Virus record (IMG/VR): IMGVR_UViG_3300025098_000014
DNA: 64,000 nt
Source of the DNA: a virus
Reading direction: 5' to 3' (one strand)
The notes beneath the pieces were generated by a model, which was given only the letters and a program-made list of their open reading frames with translations, was not told where the DNA came from and ran no database searches. Below, piece by piece: positions 17,401 through 26,065 of the stretch. The position numbers and the translations under genes were made by a program. The stretch's first letter is position 1. Every line of letters starts with the position of its first letter.

Positions 17401-19636
17401 TATCCCATTGAATTGGATGACCAATATCACCAGTTTGCTTATCAGATACTGTACTTTGAACTCTTAATGATGAACCACCAAATAATTCAATGGGGATACC
17501 ATTAATAGCATTGGAGAATGTAGTTGCTACTTTTAGTTCGGTTGGAGAATCTACGATAGCATAATATATTCTATTAAATTGAAGACCTTCTGGGAGATCA
17601 CCATCATCACTGAAGATTCTAATCTTCTCACCTGTTACCAAACCAATAGCAGTATTGGTCATTGCAAACTGACTATTTGGAACAGTTAGACTGCTATTTT
17701 TAGACCCAGTTTGATCACCAAGGATTGCTGTCGCAACACCAGACAGAACATTCTCTGACATACGAACATCAGCATTATATTCTGTACCACCAATAGAGAC
17801 ATATAATTTTTCTGTATTATTGGCACCAATTCTAAAACCCTGAGAGAGTGATAGAGGTGGTTCATCCTGACGATCAAACCCGAAGATATACAGGTGACTG
17901 GATAAACCAACATTTTTGGTCTTACTTACATCTAACTGGTAGAAACTTACAGTATCAATTTTAGATGCTGATGTATCTACATGCTGAGGTGTGGTGATAT
18001 GTGTAATATATCCTTGATCATCTCTTGGGAATGCTGCATCTCTAAATCCATCTGCTAATAGAGCAAATTGACCAAAGTTAGAGTTTGAGTTAGTAATAGA
18101 TGCGTCAGCACCACTTTCACCAACAAAGTGAGCATTGTAACCAATAGCAAAAACAGAAACGACTTGAACAACAGCGTTTTCTGAGATCTTGATATGAGAT
18201 TGTTCCCATCCTTGTCTATAAACTGCACCAGAGTCTAGGTGATAAACAGTGGTGGCATCAGTAGATGAAGATTCTGCTGAAAGCGTAGATCCAGATACTT
18301 TTTGATATGCAATACCTTCGTAGAGTCTAGATTGTGAGTTGTACTTAACAAATGCACGGTCATCTTTTTGTAGACTAATTCCAGTGAATTGAGCCACAAC
18401 CATTGAACGGAAACCAGTAGCTTTACTACCATCCGTATGCATCCCATTCATGCCAAAGACAGAACGCAATGAGATATTAAAGATATATGGAGATGCGCCA
18501 GTTACCGTATCAGATTCAATAGTAACAACAGCACTTGTAATGTTAGAAGGTGTTGCTGGTAAATTATTTGGAAAGGTTGCAAGGCTATATGTAAATGTAG
18601 TAGCATCTACAATAGATTGAACAATTGTTGAGATATTGTATTGTGATACATTTACACCACTAATCTTAATAGGAGTACCGGCACTTAATCCGTGCTCCAG
18701 TTGTGTCGTAACAGTGATCTGAGATGTAGGACTTAAACCATCACCAGAGATGATACTTGCAATCTCTAGAGGGTCAGTACCAAGAGCACCAACGATCTCA
18801 TTTTCTTGACGAACTGCTTCAAAGTCACCTTGATTTTCAGGCCATTCGTATGAAATAGCACGACCAGATGCTTCTTGGAAAGCATATGTCAGCTTGTAAT
18901 AATACATGCTGAGGTCAGTGATACCATAACCTTTGACATCATTCTTACCATCAGCATACTCAAAACAAGTAAGTTTGTGGTGAGAAAATGCTGGAAATGA
19001 TCTATTGTCGTCATTAAATTGCTGGTGATCAGTAAATACTAATCGATCACCCACTCCATCGAAGAAAGAGAATTGCCAGAAGTAACAGTTACCAGTAATT
19101 CTGAAAATACTACTTGCAGGAACATCATCATCTGTAGGATTAGGTACATACAGAGGACGAAGTTTAGTCTTTCTAAGATCAAGTCCAACAACGGAAGTAC
19201 CACGAGGTACAATTACACCACCGTTGACGGAGTTGAATCTATATAATTGATTGTTTTCTACGGTTAGATCAAATTCACTTGTCAATGACAAAGAAAATTC
19301 AGTTGTGCCTAATGTTTCTGCACCGATTGGAGATACGCCAACCGCCCTAGTCGGATCACTGGGATCTTTTTTAATAGCAAAACCAGGACGATTGTCGATG
19401 AAGTGATCACCGGGAAACAAGAGAATAGTTGTCTTGTCAGTAATATCGTTATCGAATCCAGTTTGATACGAGAATCGTGCAGATTCTAATAATGCTCGCT
19501 GAATAGTTTTGAAGGGTTTTGTTAAGGAGTTACCCTGGTTCGTGATACTATCAGTGGCATCAAGATCGTTAGGGTTAACATAAAGAATTTTACCTTCAGT
19601 ATTCTTGATGAAATTCTCTAGCTTATTAAGTGGCAT
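14402..19636 (-). CDS. long tail fibre with C-terminal intramolecular chaperone (peptidase S74)
   Basis: N-terminal PFKTIQRAL; C-terminal SD..MKENV...GVIAQDVEKVLPEAV...V.Y..L.PLLIEAVKDL. Confidence 0.85.
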   Translation of the reverse strand: MPLNKLENFIKNTEGKILYVNPNDLDATDSITNQGNSLTKPFKTIQRALLESARFSYQTGFDNDITDKTTILLFPGDHFIDNRPGFAIKKDPSDPTRAVGVSPIGAETLGTTEFSLSLTSEFDLTVENNQLYRFNSVNGGVIVPRGTSVVGLDLRKTKLRPLYVPNPTDDDVPASSIFRITGNCYFWQFSFFDGVGDRLVFTDHQQFNDDNRSFPAFSHHKLTCFEYADGKNDVKGYGITDLSMYYYKLTYAFQEASGRAISYEWPENQGDFEAVRQENEIVGALGTDPLEIASIISGDGLSPTSQITVTTQLEHGLSAGTPIKISGVNVSQYNISTIVQSIVDATTFTYSLATFPNNLPATPSNITSAVVTIESDTVTGASPYIFNISLRSVFGMNGMHTDGSKATGFRSMVVAQFTGISLQKDDRAFVKYNSQSRLYEGIAYQKVSGSTLSAESSSTDATTVYHLDSGAVYRQGWEQSHIKISENAVVQVVSVFAIGYNAHFVGESGADASITNSNSNFGQFALLADGFRDAAFPRDDQGYITHITTPQHVDTSASKIDTVSFYQLDVSKTKNVGLSSHLYIFGFDRQDEPPLSLSQGFRIGANNTEKLYVSIGGTEYNADVRMSENVLSGVATAILGDQTGSKNSSLTVPNSQFAMTNTAIGLVTGEKIRIFSDDGDLPEGLQFNRIYYAIVDSPTELKVATTFSNAINGIPIELFGGSSLRVQSTVSDKQTGDIGHPIQWDINQEQWFLHVEDGNTIYPQIQTNINLDAGAGTNIGFIRRFEDKRSIEDKLYKVRYVIPKEAGNSRDPVNGFIIQNSSLTGFAKTSDPSSTTISLDDNNFKRNHQFIADISETGSVVTVRTELPHMVEVGDIIFVENVQDSNNTGGLANKGYNGYFTVSGLIDAYQFNYGNTDNGGVERNTGNFVSTVNSRNLFLPRFAINNNKKNFSVYRSTVVEKYLAGQEDGVYILELLSADYSPPQEFTPKKYEQNVTFYYPQQDRDNVLINPPAAKSFARRSPLGKVDVNDLKNSLTRETVDKFLTTFNVGYAVSSVTGISAGVCTVTFENQHDLGGLKIHENLVSSTGYAVTTQHNIRLLNGSVWNGATATVTVGVGSTTITGFEVFAPGSGFSGGETLTIENYPGSSIGVPTSGISSCIGDVVSITGIGTTSDGLFRITSVPDKNSIAIAVTSGDPIVIEGQYAYRVTPSVSLASTHFDSTLGLTTVTTSYPHGLRKGSRFKIVDASSNNLGEFTVNTVAGINTFTTTTVNDINYSAGYRLYKTAFNGNNQTVPLSEAIGSRYTNLYGGEHATAKDALDATSTTLRLQLPNAGIGTDLRFQLGDYVEVDAEIMRVSEKGLIGGGNDGLRVIRGALGTLPAEHYVGSLIRKVDPLAIEMRRPSILRASGHTFEYLGYGPGNYSTGLPQVQNRTLTDDEEYLSQAQERSAGAIVYTGLNNEGDFYIGNKRISSSSGEESSFGIPIPTVTGESASSNSVVFDEVIVRQRIIVEGGPQQNILSQFDGPVTFSNDVNFTDDLITSGTVELGGSLEIVGNFPNGAKLNNVLVGVGTQQTEIRTVAGSGDLVLNAATGFAVAIATDTRYTASVTFEKQVNFNGFTTFSGDVFMSGAGFTYCGGPLHVCDDIVAFYGQTSDLAMKENVSTLDNPLAKVMQIRGTEYDWKEGNKSYTGHDVGVIAQDVEKVLPEAVSTKPDGTKGVHYNKLIPLLIEAVKDLSSQVDELKDK

Positions 19637-19668
19637 CTCTCTTCAGACTGAGAACTGTGTGCTCTGAC

Positions 19669-19683
19669 TATTTAGACTAAATA
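19669..19683. promoter_or_regulatory. back-to-back late promoters
   Basis: TATTTAG-A-CTAAATA palindrome between divergent genes. Confidence 0.7.
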
Positions 19684-19709
19684 AGCAGTGATCTCTGCGG
19701 CTAATTTTC

Positions 19710-20288
19710 ATGTCTGATATTAGACCGATTAAATGGGTAGCAATTGGCACGGGCACATTGTTTGCTATAGCGCACATTGGTGTTCTTGGACATTTAATCA
19801 ATACAACAAAAACGCCAGAAGTTCCAATTATTAATTTACCCAGAGGAGATTATTCTTCTTACAAAATTGAAGCAAGTAAAGACGGATATAGTATAGAGTA
19901 TAAAGCGAACGATCCTGCTGTTCTTAATTCTGAAAGATCTCTTGACTTAGATAAAAATAAGAATGGATTCTTTGGTGGTAATAGTAATGAAAGGAGAACT
20001 GAATATCGCCGTGATGAATACACAATGGACGGCACTCGTAACTTAGGAGGTGCTGGATTAGACAGCGAGGGAAAGTCTGCAAAAGAAGTAGAGTGTTTGA
20101 TCGCGGACGCTGGAGCACGATCACAAGGTGCAATGGCAGGAACTAGCATTGCTGCCGGTATTGGTGTTCCTGCTGTGATTGGTATTCCATATGTTGGATG
20201 GTTAGCAGCTGGATGGATTTCACTTTTGGGTGGTAAGATTGGATCCGAGGCAGGATCTACAGTTGGATCCGTATTTAATGATTGCTGA
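19710..20288 (+). CDS. hypothetical membrane protein
   Basis: N-terminal TM segment and C-terminal glycine-zipper-like hydrophobic region. Confidence 0.8.
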   Translation: MSDIRPIKWVAIGTGTLFAIAHIGVLGHLINTTKTPEVPIINLPRGDYSSYKIEASKDGYSIEYKANDPAVLNSERSLDLDKNKNGFFGGNSNERRTEYRRDEYTMDGTRNLGGAGLDSEGKSAKEVECLIADAGARSQGAMAGTSIAAGIGVPAVIGIPYVGWLAAGWISLLGGKIGSEAGSTVGSVFNDC

Positions 20289-21091
20289 TGGCCGAAATAC
20301 CTAACATTGATCTTTCAGTTCGGCAAATTAATATTAACTCACTAGGTATACCTGATGTGCCTAAATGGTTGACATCTGAACCACCTCAGGCTATACCAAT
20401 CTATCCACCAGTTACTTCACAAATTGGCACACCTATTATAAACATGCCAGGATGTGTTGAGTCTCATAGAGATAGTGGTGAGAATCAAACACTCAAGGAA
20501 GAAGATAAAGATGGTGTCCAGATATTTTGTGATGCAGGAACACCTAGTTTTAACCCAATAGATTATGATCCAAATAAGTTGGAGATAACAACAGAGTCTC
20601 CACCACCTCCACCCATTACACCTCCTGAGAAAGAAGATACTAAAACAGATACCGAAGCACCACCACCTCCTCCACCGCCTGCAAAGGCAGAGTGTCCTAC
20701 AAGAGAGCAGCAGTTAAAGAACCCTGTAGGAAAAGTATTACAAAATGATAAAAAAATTACTAGGTATGAGACAGTAGGAAAAGAATGTCTCCCCGTATTT
20801 GAGAATTTAAATATACCAGATCAGATTATTGCTAACCTACCATCTCCAGGTGCTGTAACTGTTACCGCCTCAATTGCTGTAGTCGCGACGACATCTGCAC
20901 TGCTTGCAAAGCCTCTTGCTGATCTTTTGTTAAAGGTTGTGAAACCGACTGTGAAGAAGGTAATGAAGAAGATTGCGACCTTACGGGGTAAGACGCCCCC
21001 GGTACTGTCTGCGTCTGAGAGGAAGGCTGAGCAACGGGATCGGAACCGGGCGATAAAGATTTTACGGTCGGCACTGAAACCGAAGGGATAG
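20288..21091 (+). CDS. hypothetical Pro-rich membrane-anchored protein
   Basis: TGATG-coupled start; poly-Pro tracts, 4 Cys, C-terminal TM segment and basic tail. Confidence 0.8.
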   Translation: MAEIPNIDLSVRQININSLGIPDVPKWLTSEPPQAIPIYPPVTSQIGTPIINMPGCVESHRDSGENQTLKEEDKDGVQIFCDAGTPSFNPIDYDPNKLEITTESPPPPPITPPEKEDTKTDTEAPPPPPPPAKAECPTREQQLKNPVGKVLQNDKKITRYETVGKECLPVFENLNIPDQIIANLPSPGAVTVTASIAVVATTSALLAKPLADLLLKVVKPTVKKVMKKIATLRGKTPPVLSASERKAEQRDRNRAIKILRSALKPKG

Positions 21092-21900
21092 TGTGACGAT
21101 GTTGCTTAATACTATTAACATTGTTAACTACGACATCCGCACATATTTTTCTATAGGGGCTGCGTGGGTGGAAACTAATTCCTGCCTTCATTAATTCTCC
21201 ACAATTCTTAAGTCTGGCTAGCTCAAAGTCTAACCTCTTATTGGCAAGCATTTGACCTTGAAGTGCATTTTGAGTATCTGCTGCTGCCTTACATCGTTCC
21301 TGTAACCCACCATCAAGTGGGAAAGAAATTGTTGCAGATAAACCAATACTGGTACTATAGTTTCTAGTATCGCCAGTTCTCACTGGTTTCTTCCAAAGTT
21401 CACGACCTGGATTATCAGGAACACCGTCTCCAGCCATTTCCATGGTGGTGATAGTCATGTCTGCACCATCTTCAAATGCACGAACAGTCTCACCATCTGA
21501 GTTGGTATATGTTCTATCATCATACCAAGATTCCCATGGCCAGTTCTTGACATTTTTTTGAGTCTCTACCATCTGACCTTCAAAATCTCTATTGTCATAC
21601 TGAGGTTCCATATAATATGTGGAGAATGGATCCTTCTCATTACGAGCATGAGTAATGAATGGTGTGATATTAGCAGTCGGTCCTTGACATGCAATACCCC
21701 CACCATATTGGTTGGTTATATATGGTCCTTGTAATACCTGAATAGCTTGGTTCGTAACTGAGCCTGAGCTATTTGCGATTGGGTTTGCTGTTGCACTTAC
21801 ACCCCCTACATCCGCTGCATGAGCAGGGGCAGCTACAACCACAGTCAGAACAGATAGACATAAGGTTTTTACTGGGTAAAGATACTTGTTGTGTCGGTTA
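20862..21900 (-). CDS. hypothetical exported protein (start uncertain)
   Basis: Long ORF with a signal-peptide-like LCLSVLTVVVAAPAHA segment; no ATG next to it. Confidence 0.7.
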
Positions 21901-22312
21901 CGCTTGTGACCTCGGTCAACCTTTGGATCACAGTTTGATTTGAAACCCCTGGACCGCTGTAAGTTTGAGTAAACTGAAAAGCCGCACCCGGATTTGTTAT
22001 CTTGAAGTTTTGATTGGACATACTCAATGCTGAGTTGTTGCTCGTTATCTGCCCTTCTGTACCCCCAAGAGGATTTACTATCACAGAGTTTGTTGTTTGT
22101 GATGGAGTCAATGATTGTCCACCATTGTCCACATTTGTTCCGCTTACTGAATACTGCCATCCTGTTGCATAATCTATGGAATTAATCGTTTCAGTCACCT
22201 TCGATGTTGTCTCAGTGTGACTAGACATACTACCCTGAGTAAAATTTGGGACCACAGGGACCGCCATTACTGGAGATCCCATTAGTATGGTCAAGAGAAA
22301 TATCTTCCTCAT
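21869..22312 (-). CDS. hypothetical exported S/T/N/Q-rich protein
   Basis: Signal peptide MRKIFLLTILMGSPVMA. Confidence 0.8.
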   Translation of the reverse strand: MRKIFLLTILMGSPVMAVPVVPNFTQGSMSSHTETTSKVTETINSIDYATGWQYSVSGTNVDNGGQSLTPSQTTNSVIVNPLGGTEGQITSNNSALSMSNQNFKITNPGAAFQFTQTYSGPGVSNQTVIQRLTEVTSVTDTTSIFTQ

Positions 22313-22320
22313 GATAAACC

Positions 22321-22818
22321 TCAGTCAATTACAGTGATTTCACTTACAAATTGACCAATTGCTGTACTACCAGCTCCGCCAGCCGTCACCGTAAGAGCAC
22401 CAGTAGTGCTAACAGTACCTGCTAGACTACCAGCAGTTCCTGCAGTGTAAGAAGTTACATTAGAGAAGTTTGGAGTTGTTCCTGTTGTTACTGCTGCAGT
22501 TGGGACTGCATCACCTTGAAGGTAGGAAGTACTGAAAGAGAATGCCTCTCCTGCAGTTGCTTGAGTTGCAGAAATATTTCCAGGAGAATATATTCCACTC
22601 GAAATTGTTCCAGCAGAAACAGCACCTGCCGTAGTTCCGTCTGTAGTATTTACATTGGAACCAGAGATACTATACTGGGACCCTAATCTTGTTGCTGAAC
22701 TTCTAGCAGAGTCCACAGTCAGTTGGACACTAGAAGACATTTTATGAACTAATCCGCCAGCGTTTGCTACACTAGCGGTCATCAATAACATTCCAAAAGC
22801 TAGTAAAGCTTTCTTCAT
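22321..22818 (-). CDS. hypothetical exported G/S/T/A-rich protein
   Basis: Signal peptide MKKALLAFGMLLMTASVANA. Confidence 0.8.
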   Translation of the reverse strand: MKKALLAFGMLLMTASVANAGGLVHKMSSSVQLTVDSARSSATRLGSQYSISGSNVNTTDGTTAGAVSAGTISSGIYSPGNISATQATAGEAFSFSTSYLQGDAVPTAAVTTGTTPNFSNVTSYTAGTAGSLAGTVSTTGALTVTAGGAGSTAIGQFVSEITVID

Positions 22819-22850
22819 TTTTATTTGATTGTAGGAGAACCTACATTATA

Positions 22851-22934
22851 TAGGAGTAGGGAGACTTGAACTCCCACGAGATTACTCTCAACAGATTTTA
22901 AGTCTGGTGCGTCTACCTATTCCGCCATACTCCC
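22851..22934 (-). tRNA. tRNA-Leu(UAA)
   Basis: GGGAGTATGGCGGAATAGGTAGACGCACCAGACTTAAAATCTG...GTTCAAGTC...TACTCCTA; cloverleaf with long variable arm; CCA not encoded. Confidence 0.95.
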
Positions 22935-23411
22935 AAACCAATTGAAATTAATAACAAGTCTATGGTCATCTGTAGATGTAGTACCACTATGCATGGTATT
23001 TACTGGAAAAATGACCATACGATTTGCTACACTTGAAACTTTTTCTCCATCCTCAAAATAAGTATATCCATTATTTGAATTGATATAGTAGACAGCTGTC
23101 CATTGATCTGGAAGAGTGGTTACCCTATCAATATGAAGAGCATTTTCTAAAAATATATCTCTCTTTGGACTAAAATTAGCTTTAATTCTAGTCCAATTAT
23201 ATGGGTTGATATATTTTGTGAATATATTAGTAACTTCCCTATTATAATTAGAACCGTATTGATATATGCATGTCACCATAGCATATAGGTTTGGATCTTC
23301 TTCACCCTCATACACTACATTTTTATTATAGAACCAATTGATATCCTTGAAGATATTAATTATTGTTTGGTGATCTTCTTCAGATAAAAAATTATCAAGA
23401 ACCTTCATCAT
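22917..23411 (-). CDS. 2OG-Fe(II) oxygenase
   Basis: HID, YYIN.NNGYT.F and H.G...R.VIN motifs. Confidence 0.85.
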   Translation of the reverse strand: MMKVLDNFLSEEDHQTIINIFKDINWFYNKNVVYEGEEDPNLYAMVTCIYQYGSNYNREVTNIFTKYINPYNWTRIKANFSPKRDIFLENALHIDRVTTLPDQWTAVYYINSNNGYTYFEDGEKVSSVANRMVIFPVNTMHSGTTSTDDHRLVINFNWFGSMAE

Positions 23412-23500
23412 GATTAGTGTACATTTCTTCTAGATCATCATCTTCAGGAAACTCAAAGACTCCTGTTGCGTCATCTGTAGGTGGAATTTCTTTTTTCTCT

Positions 23501-24154
23501 TCAGGTTCTTGCACTTTGCACAGCCTCCCAGTCTTTGTCAAAAATTTCTAGACCGTTATCAGTCAGAATATGATTATACATCTTTTCAAAGATTGTCGGT
23601 GGCATTGTTACAATTTCTGCACCATTATACCAAGACCGAACTGCTCTCTGCACACTACGAATGGAAGCAGAAAGAACTTTAGTTTCCATCCTATACATAC
23701 GATATAGTTCAGAAATAGAACGAACTACTTCTAAACCAGCAATAGATTGATCGTCAAGACGACCAACAAAAGGTGAAACATATGTAGCACCAGCTTTAGC
23801 TGCAAGGACTGCTTGAGCAGCACTAAAGATCAATGTTACATTTGTCCTGATACCTTTACCAGAAAGATAATTACAAATTAAAAGACCCTCTGGAGTACAT
23901 GGTAGTTTAATAGTGCAACAATCACCAAACTTTTGAGAAAGACGCAGTGCCTCAGAAGTCATCTCTTCTTGAGTACCAACAACCTCCATACTGATATCTT
24001 TGATACCAATGTTACGGAGTTCTTCGTAAACCTTTTCAGGGTCGCGACCACTCTTCATAATCAAAGATGGATTAGTTGTTACACCATCGATTAGACCAGT
24101 AAGGTAGTGCTTTTGAATTACCTTTGTGTCAGCTGTGTCAAGAAAGATCTTCAT
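23501..24154 (-). CDS. talC: transaldolase (TalC/FSA family)
   Basis: MKIFLDTA, GVTTNPSL, IKLP, NVTLIFS and YVSPFVGRLDD motifs. Confidence 0.97.
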   Translation of the reverse strand: MKIFLDTADTKVIQKHYLTGLIDGVTTNPSLIMKSGRDPEKVYEELRNIGIKDISMEVVGTQEEMTSEALRLSQKFGDCCTIKLPCTPEGLLICNYLSGKGIRTNVTLIFSAAQAVLAAKAGATYVSPFVGRLDDQSIAGLEVVRSISELYRMYRMETKVLSASIRSVQRAVRSWYNGAEIVTMPPTIFEKMYNHILTDNGLEIFDKDWEAVQSART

Positions 24155-24172
24155 AATCTAATTAATACCGAT

Positions 24173-24415
24173 TTATTTAGTAGTAGCAACGATAGGATCT
24201 ACCCAAAGAACTGCTTCTTCTGGAAGAAATGCTTGGCACATTTCAAGCACACGAATGAACTCATCAGGAGTGTTACACTCTAAGGTTTTTATAGTGTTCG
24301 TATCTGAGACACAAGCAAACCTCCTCTTACACATATCTACAACAACACACTCAAGATACTCACCCTCTGCAGTCTCAAATGTAGAGTCTGCAAAACTGTA
24401 CTCGTCGTCGTTCAT
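24173..24415 (-). CDS. hypothetical protein
   Basis: 80-aa ORF with its own sigma70 promoter. Confidence 0.7.
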   Translation of the reverse strand: MNDDEYSFADSTFETAEGEYLECVVVDMCKRRFACVSDTNTIKTLECNTPDEFIRVLEMCQAFLPEEAVLWVDPIVATTK

Positions 24416-24438
24416 GAGGTTTTTTTATTTACCTGCCC

Positions 24439-24468
24439 ATTATAGGGCACTCAGACACCCCGTGTCAA
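24439..24468 (-). promoter_or_regulatory. sigma70-type promoter
   Basis: TTGACA-N18-TATAAT. Confidence 0.8.
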
Positions 24469-25232
24469 CCCCCTCTCTTGTCATAATCATACCCAGAGAT
24501 TGAGAATTGCTTATCATCTCCAGGATACTCTGCTGGAGTTTCTCCTTCATACTCAACAATCAATGGATCTCCATCAATTCTAGACGCCCATACATGATAG
24601 AAACAATCGACTGGTTTATCATCCGAATCTTTTACGACTATCTTCTCTTTATCAATCTCCATTACATTTAGATGGTAATGTCTCTCACCGATAGGTTGTA
24701 ATTGAACAGTGATACTATCATAATCCACCAGACCATTCCAGTATTCAGGTAATTGAATTGTATTACTATCTTTAAGTCTACCTCTGATATAAACTCCTGC
24801 CTCTGGACCTTCAGCACAAATGTGTCTCAGTCTATGATTCTCTTTATTAGGATGCTTAATATCAAATCCTTTCCAAGATTGGACATTAATATTCCCTGCA
24901 AATGTAGGAGCAGTTACAGTACCAGATACATTAAGTACTCCAGTAATTTGAGTCGCCCCAGTAATACTTGTGGCAGCAGTAATAGTAACTACTCCATTGA
25001 GTGTAGTTGCACCAGCAACAGTCAATGTTCCTGAAGGTTTTATTGCATCAGGTAAAGGGTCAGGAACAATTGCAACATTGCCTGTGATTAAAATCTCACT
25101 TTTTCCTAAAATTGGACCGGTAACTACTGCTCCTGTTTGACAGTCAATAGGTGCTGCAAAAGCTGTTGGTAGTCCGTAATAATTACCTGGAGACCCAGTT
25201 CTCAGCGATGAGGTTATTGAATTATTTGTCAT
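24465..25232 (-). CDS. baseplate hub/spike-associated protein
   Basis: Beta-helix-like repeats followed by FDIKHP...LRH.C.EGPE.GVY.RG; lies in the gp5 cluster. Confidence 0.6.
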   Translation of the reverse strand: MTNNSITSSLRTGSPGNYYGLPTAFAAPIDCQTGAVVTGPILGKSEILITGNVAIVPDPLPDAIKPSGTLTVAGATTLNGVVTITAATSITGATQITGVLNVSGTVTAPTFAGNINVQSWKGFDIKHPNKENHRLRHICAEGPEAGVYIRGRLKDSNTIQLPEYWNGLVDYDSITVQLQPIGERHYHLNVMEIDKEKIVVKDSDDKPVDCFYHVWASRIDGDPLIVEYEGETPAEYPGDDKQFSISGYDYDKRGG

Positions 25233-26065
25233 TATGGAAGAAATCCTCCGAGAGTAGATTTAATAGCACTATTAGCGACTCCGCCAATACCTGTTTTAGA
25301 GATTACACTATCGGCAACAAATCCACCTAGACCACCACCACCTGTGACAGCATCAACTGCTCCAGAAGCTAATGAACCCAGTCCACCGCCCCCTGTAACG
25401 GCACCTATTGCTCCAGAGGCTAATCCACCTAGACCACCACCACCAGTAACGGCACCGAGTGCTCCAGAGGCTAATCCACCTAGACCACCTCCGGTAACAG
25501 CACTTAGTGCTCCACCGGCTACTCCAAGTAGAGTTGGAGATGCAAATGGTCCTACGAAAGATTCAACTATATCTCCAGGAACAAATGACCCGTCGAACAT
25601 ACCCATACCAAAAGTCTTTGCGACAGCATTACCTCGCTTACCTGTTGTAGCTACAGTATTTGCCTTCATAGAGATTCTTTGACCAGCAGTAATATTTACA
25701 TTTCTTCCTCCATGAATATCAATATCTTGACTTGACTGTAGCATGATATTCTTAGCATTGACCCTTACAGATCCATGATCCGCAGTAATAGTAATATCAC
25801 CATTAGCAGCACTGATTCTAATATCAATAATCCCCGGAGAGTTTTTATCACCGGCACGAACTTCTAAAGTTTTTTCTTGAGCAATTCTAGCTAACCCACC
25901 TTGAGTATGGGCGATTAGAAAAGTATCGTCATTATCATTAACAGAATATACCTTACATACTTCAGGACCCGTCGCCCCTTCGGTAGGATTACCAGTATCA
26001 ATCCTAAAGTGAGCTCCTCTAGAATCAATAACTCTTCTTTTATGATTCTTTGGTTTACTTGCCAT
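25232..26065 (-). CDS. gp5 C-terminal-like beta-helix protein with Gly-rich repeats
   Basis: ANGDITITA..G.V...A.NI repeats, directly after gp5. Confidence 0.6.
   Translation of the reverse strand: MASKPKNHKRRVIDSRGAHFRIDTGNPTEGATGPEVCKVYSVNDNDDTFLIAHTQGGLARIAQEKTLEVRAGDKNSPGIIDIRISAANGDITITADHGSVRVNAKNIMLQSSQDIDIHGGRNVNITAGQRISMKANTVATTGKRGNAVAKTFGMGMFDGSFVPGDIVESFVGPFASPTLLGVAGGALSAVTGGGLGGLASGALGAVTGGGGLGGLASGAIGAVTGGGGLGSLASGAVDAVTGGGGLGGFVADSVISKTGIGGVANSAIKSTLGGFLP
25320..25515 (-). repeat. 51-nt (17-aa) tandem repeat, about 4 copies
   Basis: GGGGLGGLASGA(L/I/V)(G/D)AVT; CTCCAGAGGCTAATCCACCTAGACCACC recurs at 25411 and 25462. Confidence 0.9.

Noticed and set aside
11648-19636. Diversity-generating retroelement or invertible segment in the tail fibres
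   Set aside because: No reverse transcriptase, recombinase, or TR/VR-like repeat pair was seen in the window.
25344-25682. Plus-strand Pro-rich repeat ORF
   Set aside because: Antisense reading of the Gly-rich 51-nt repeat.
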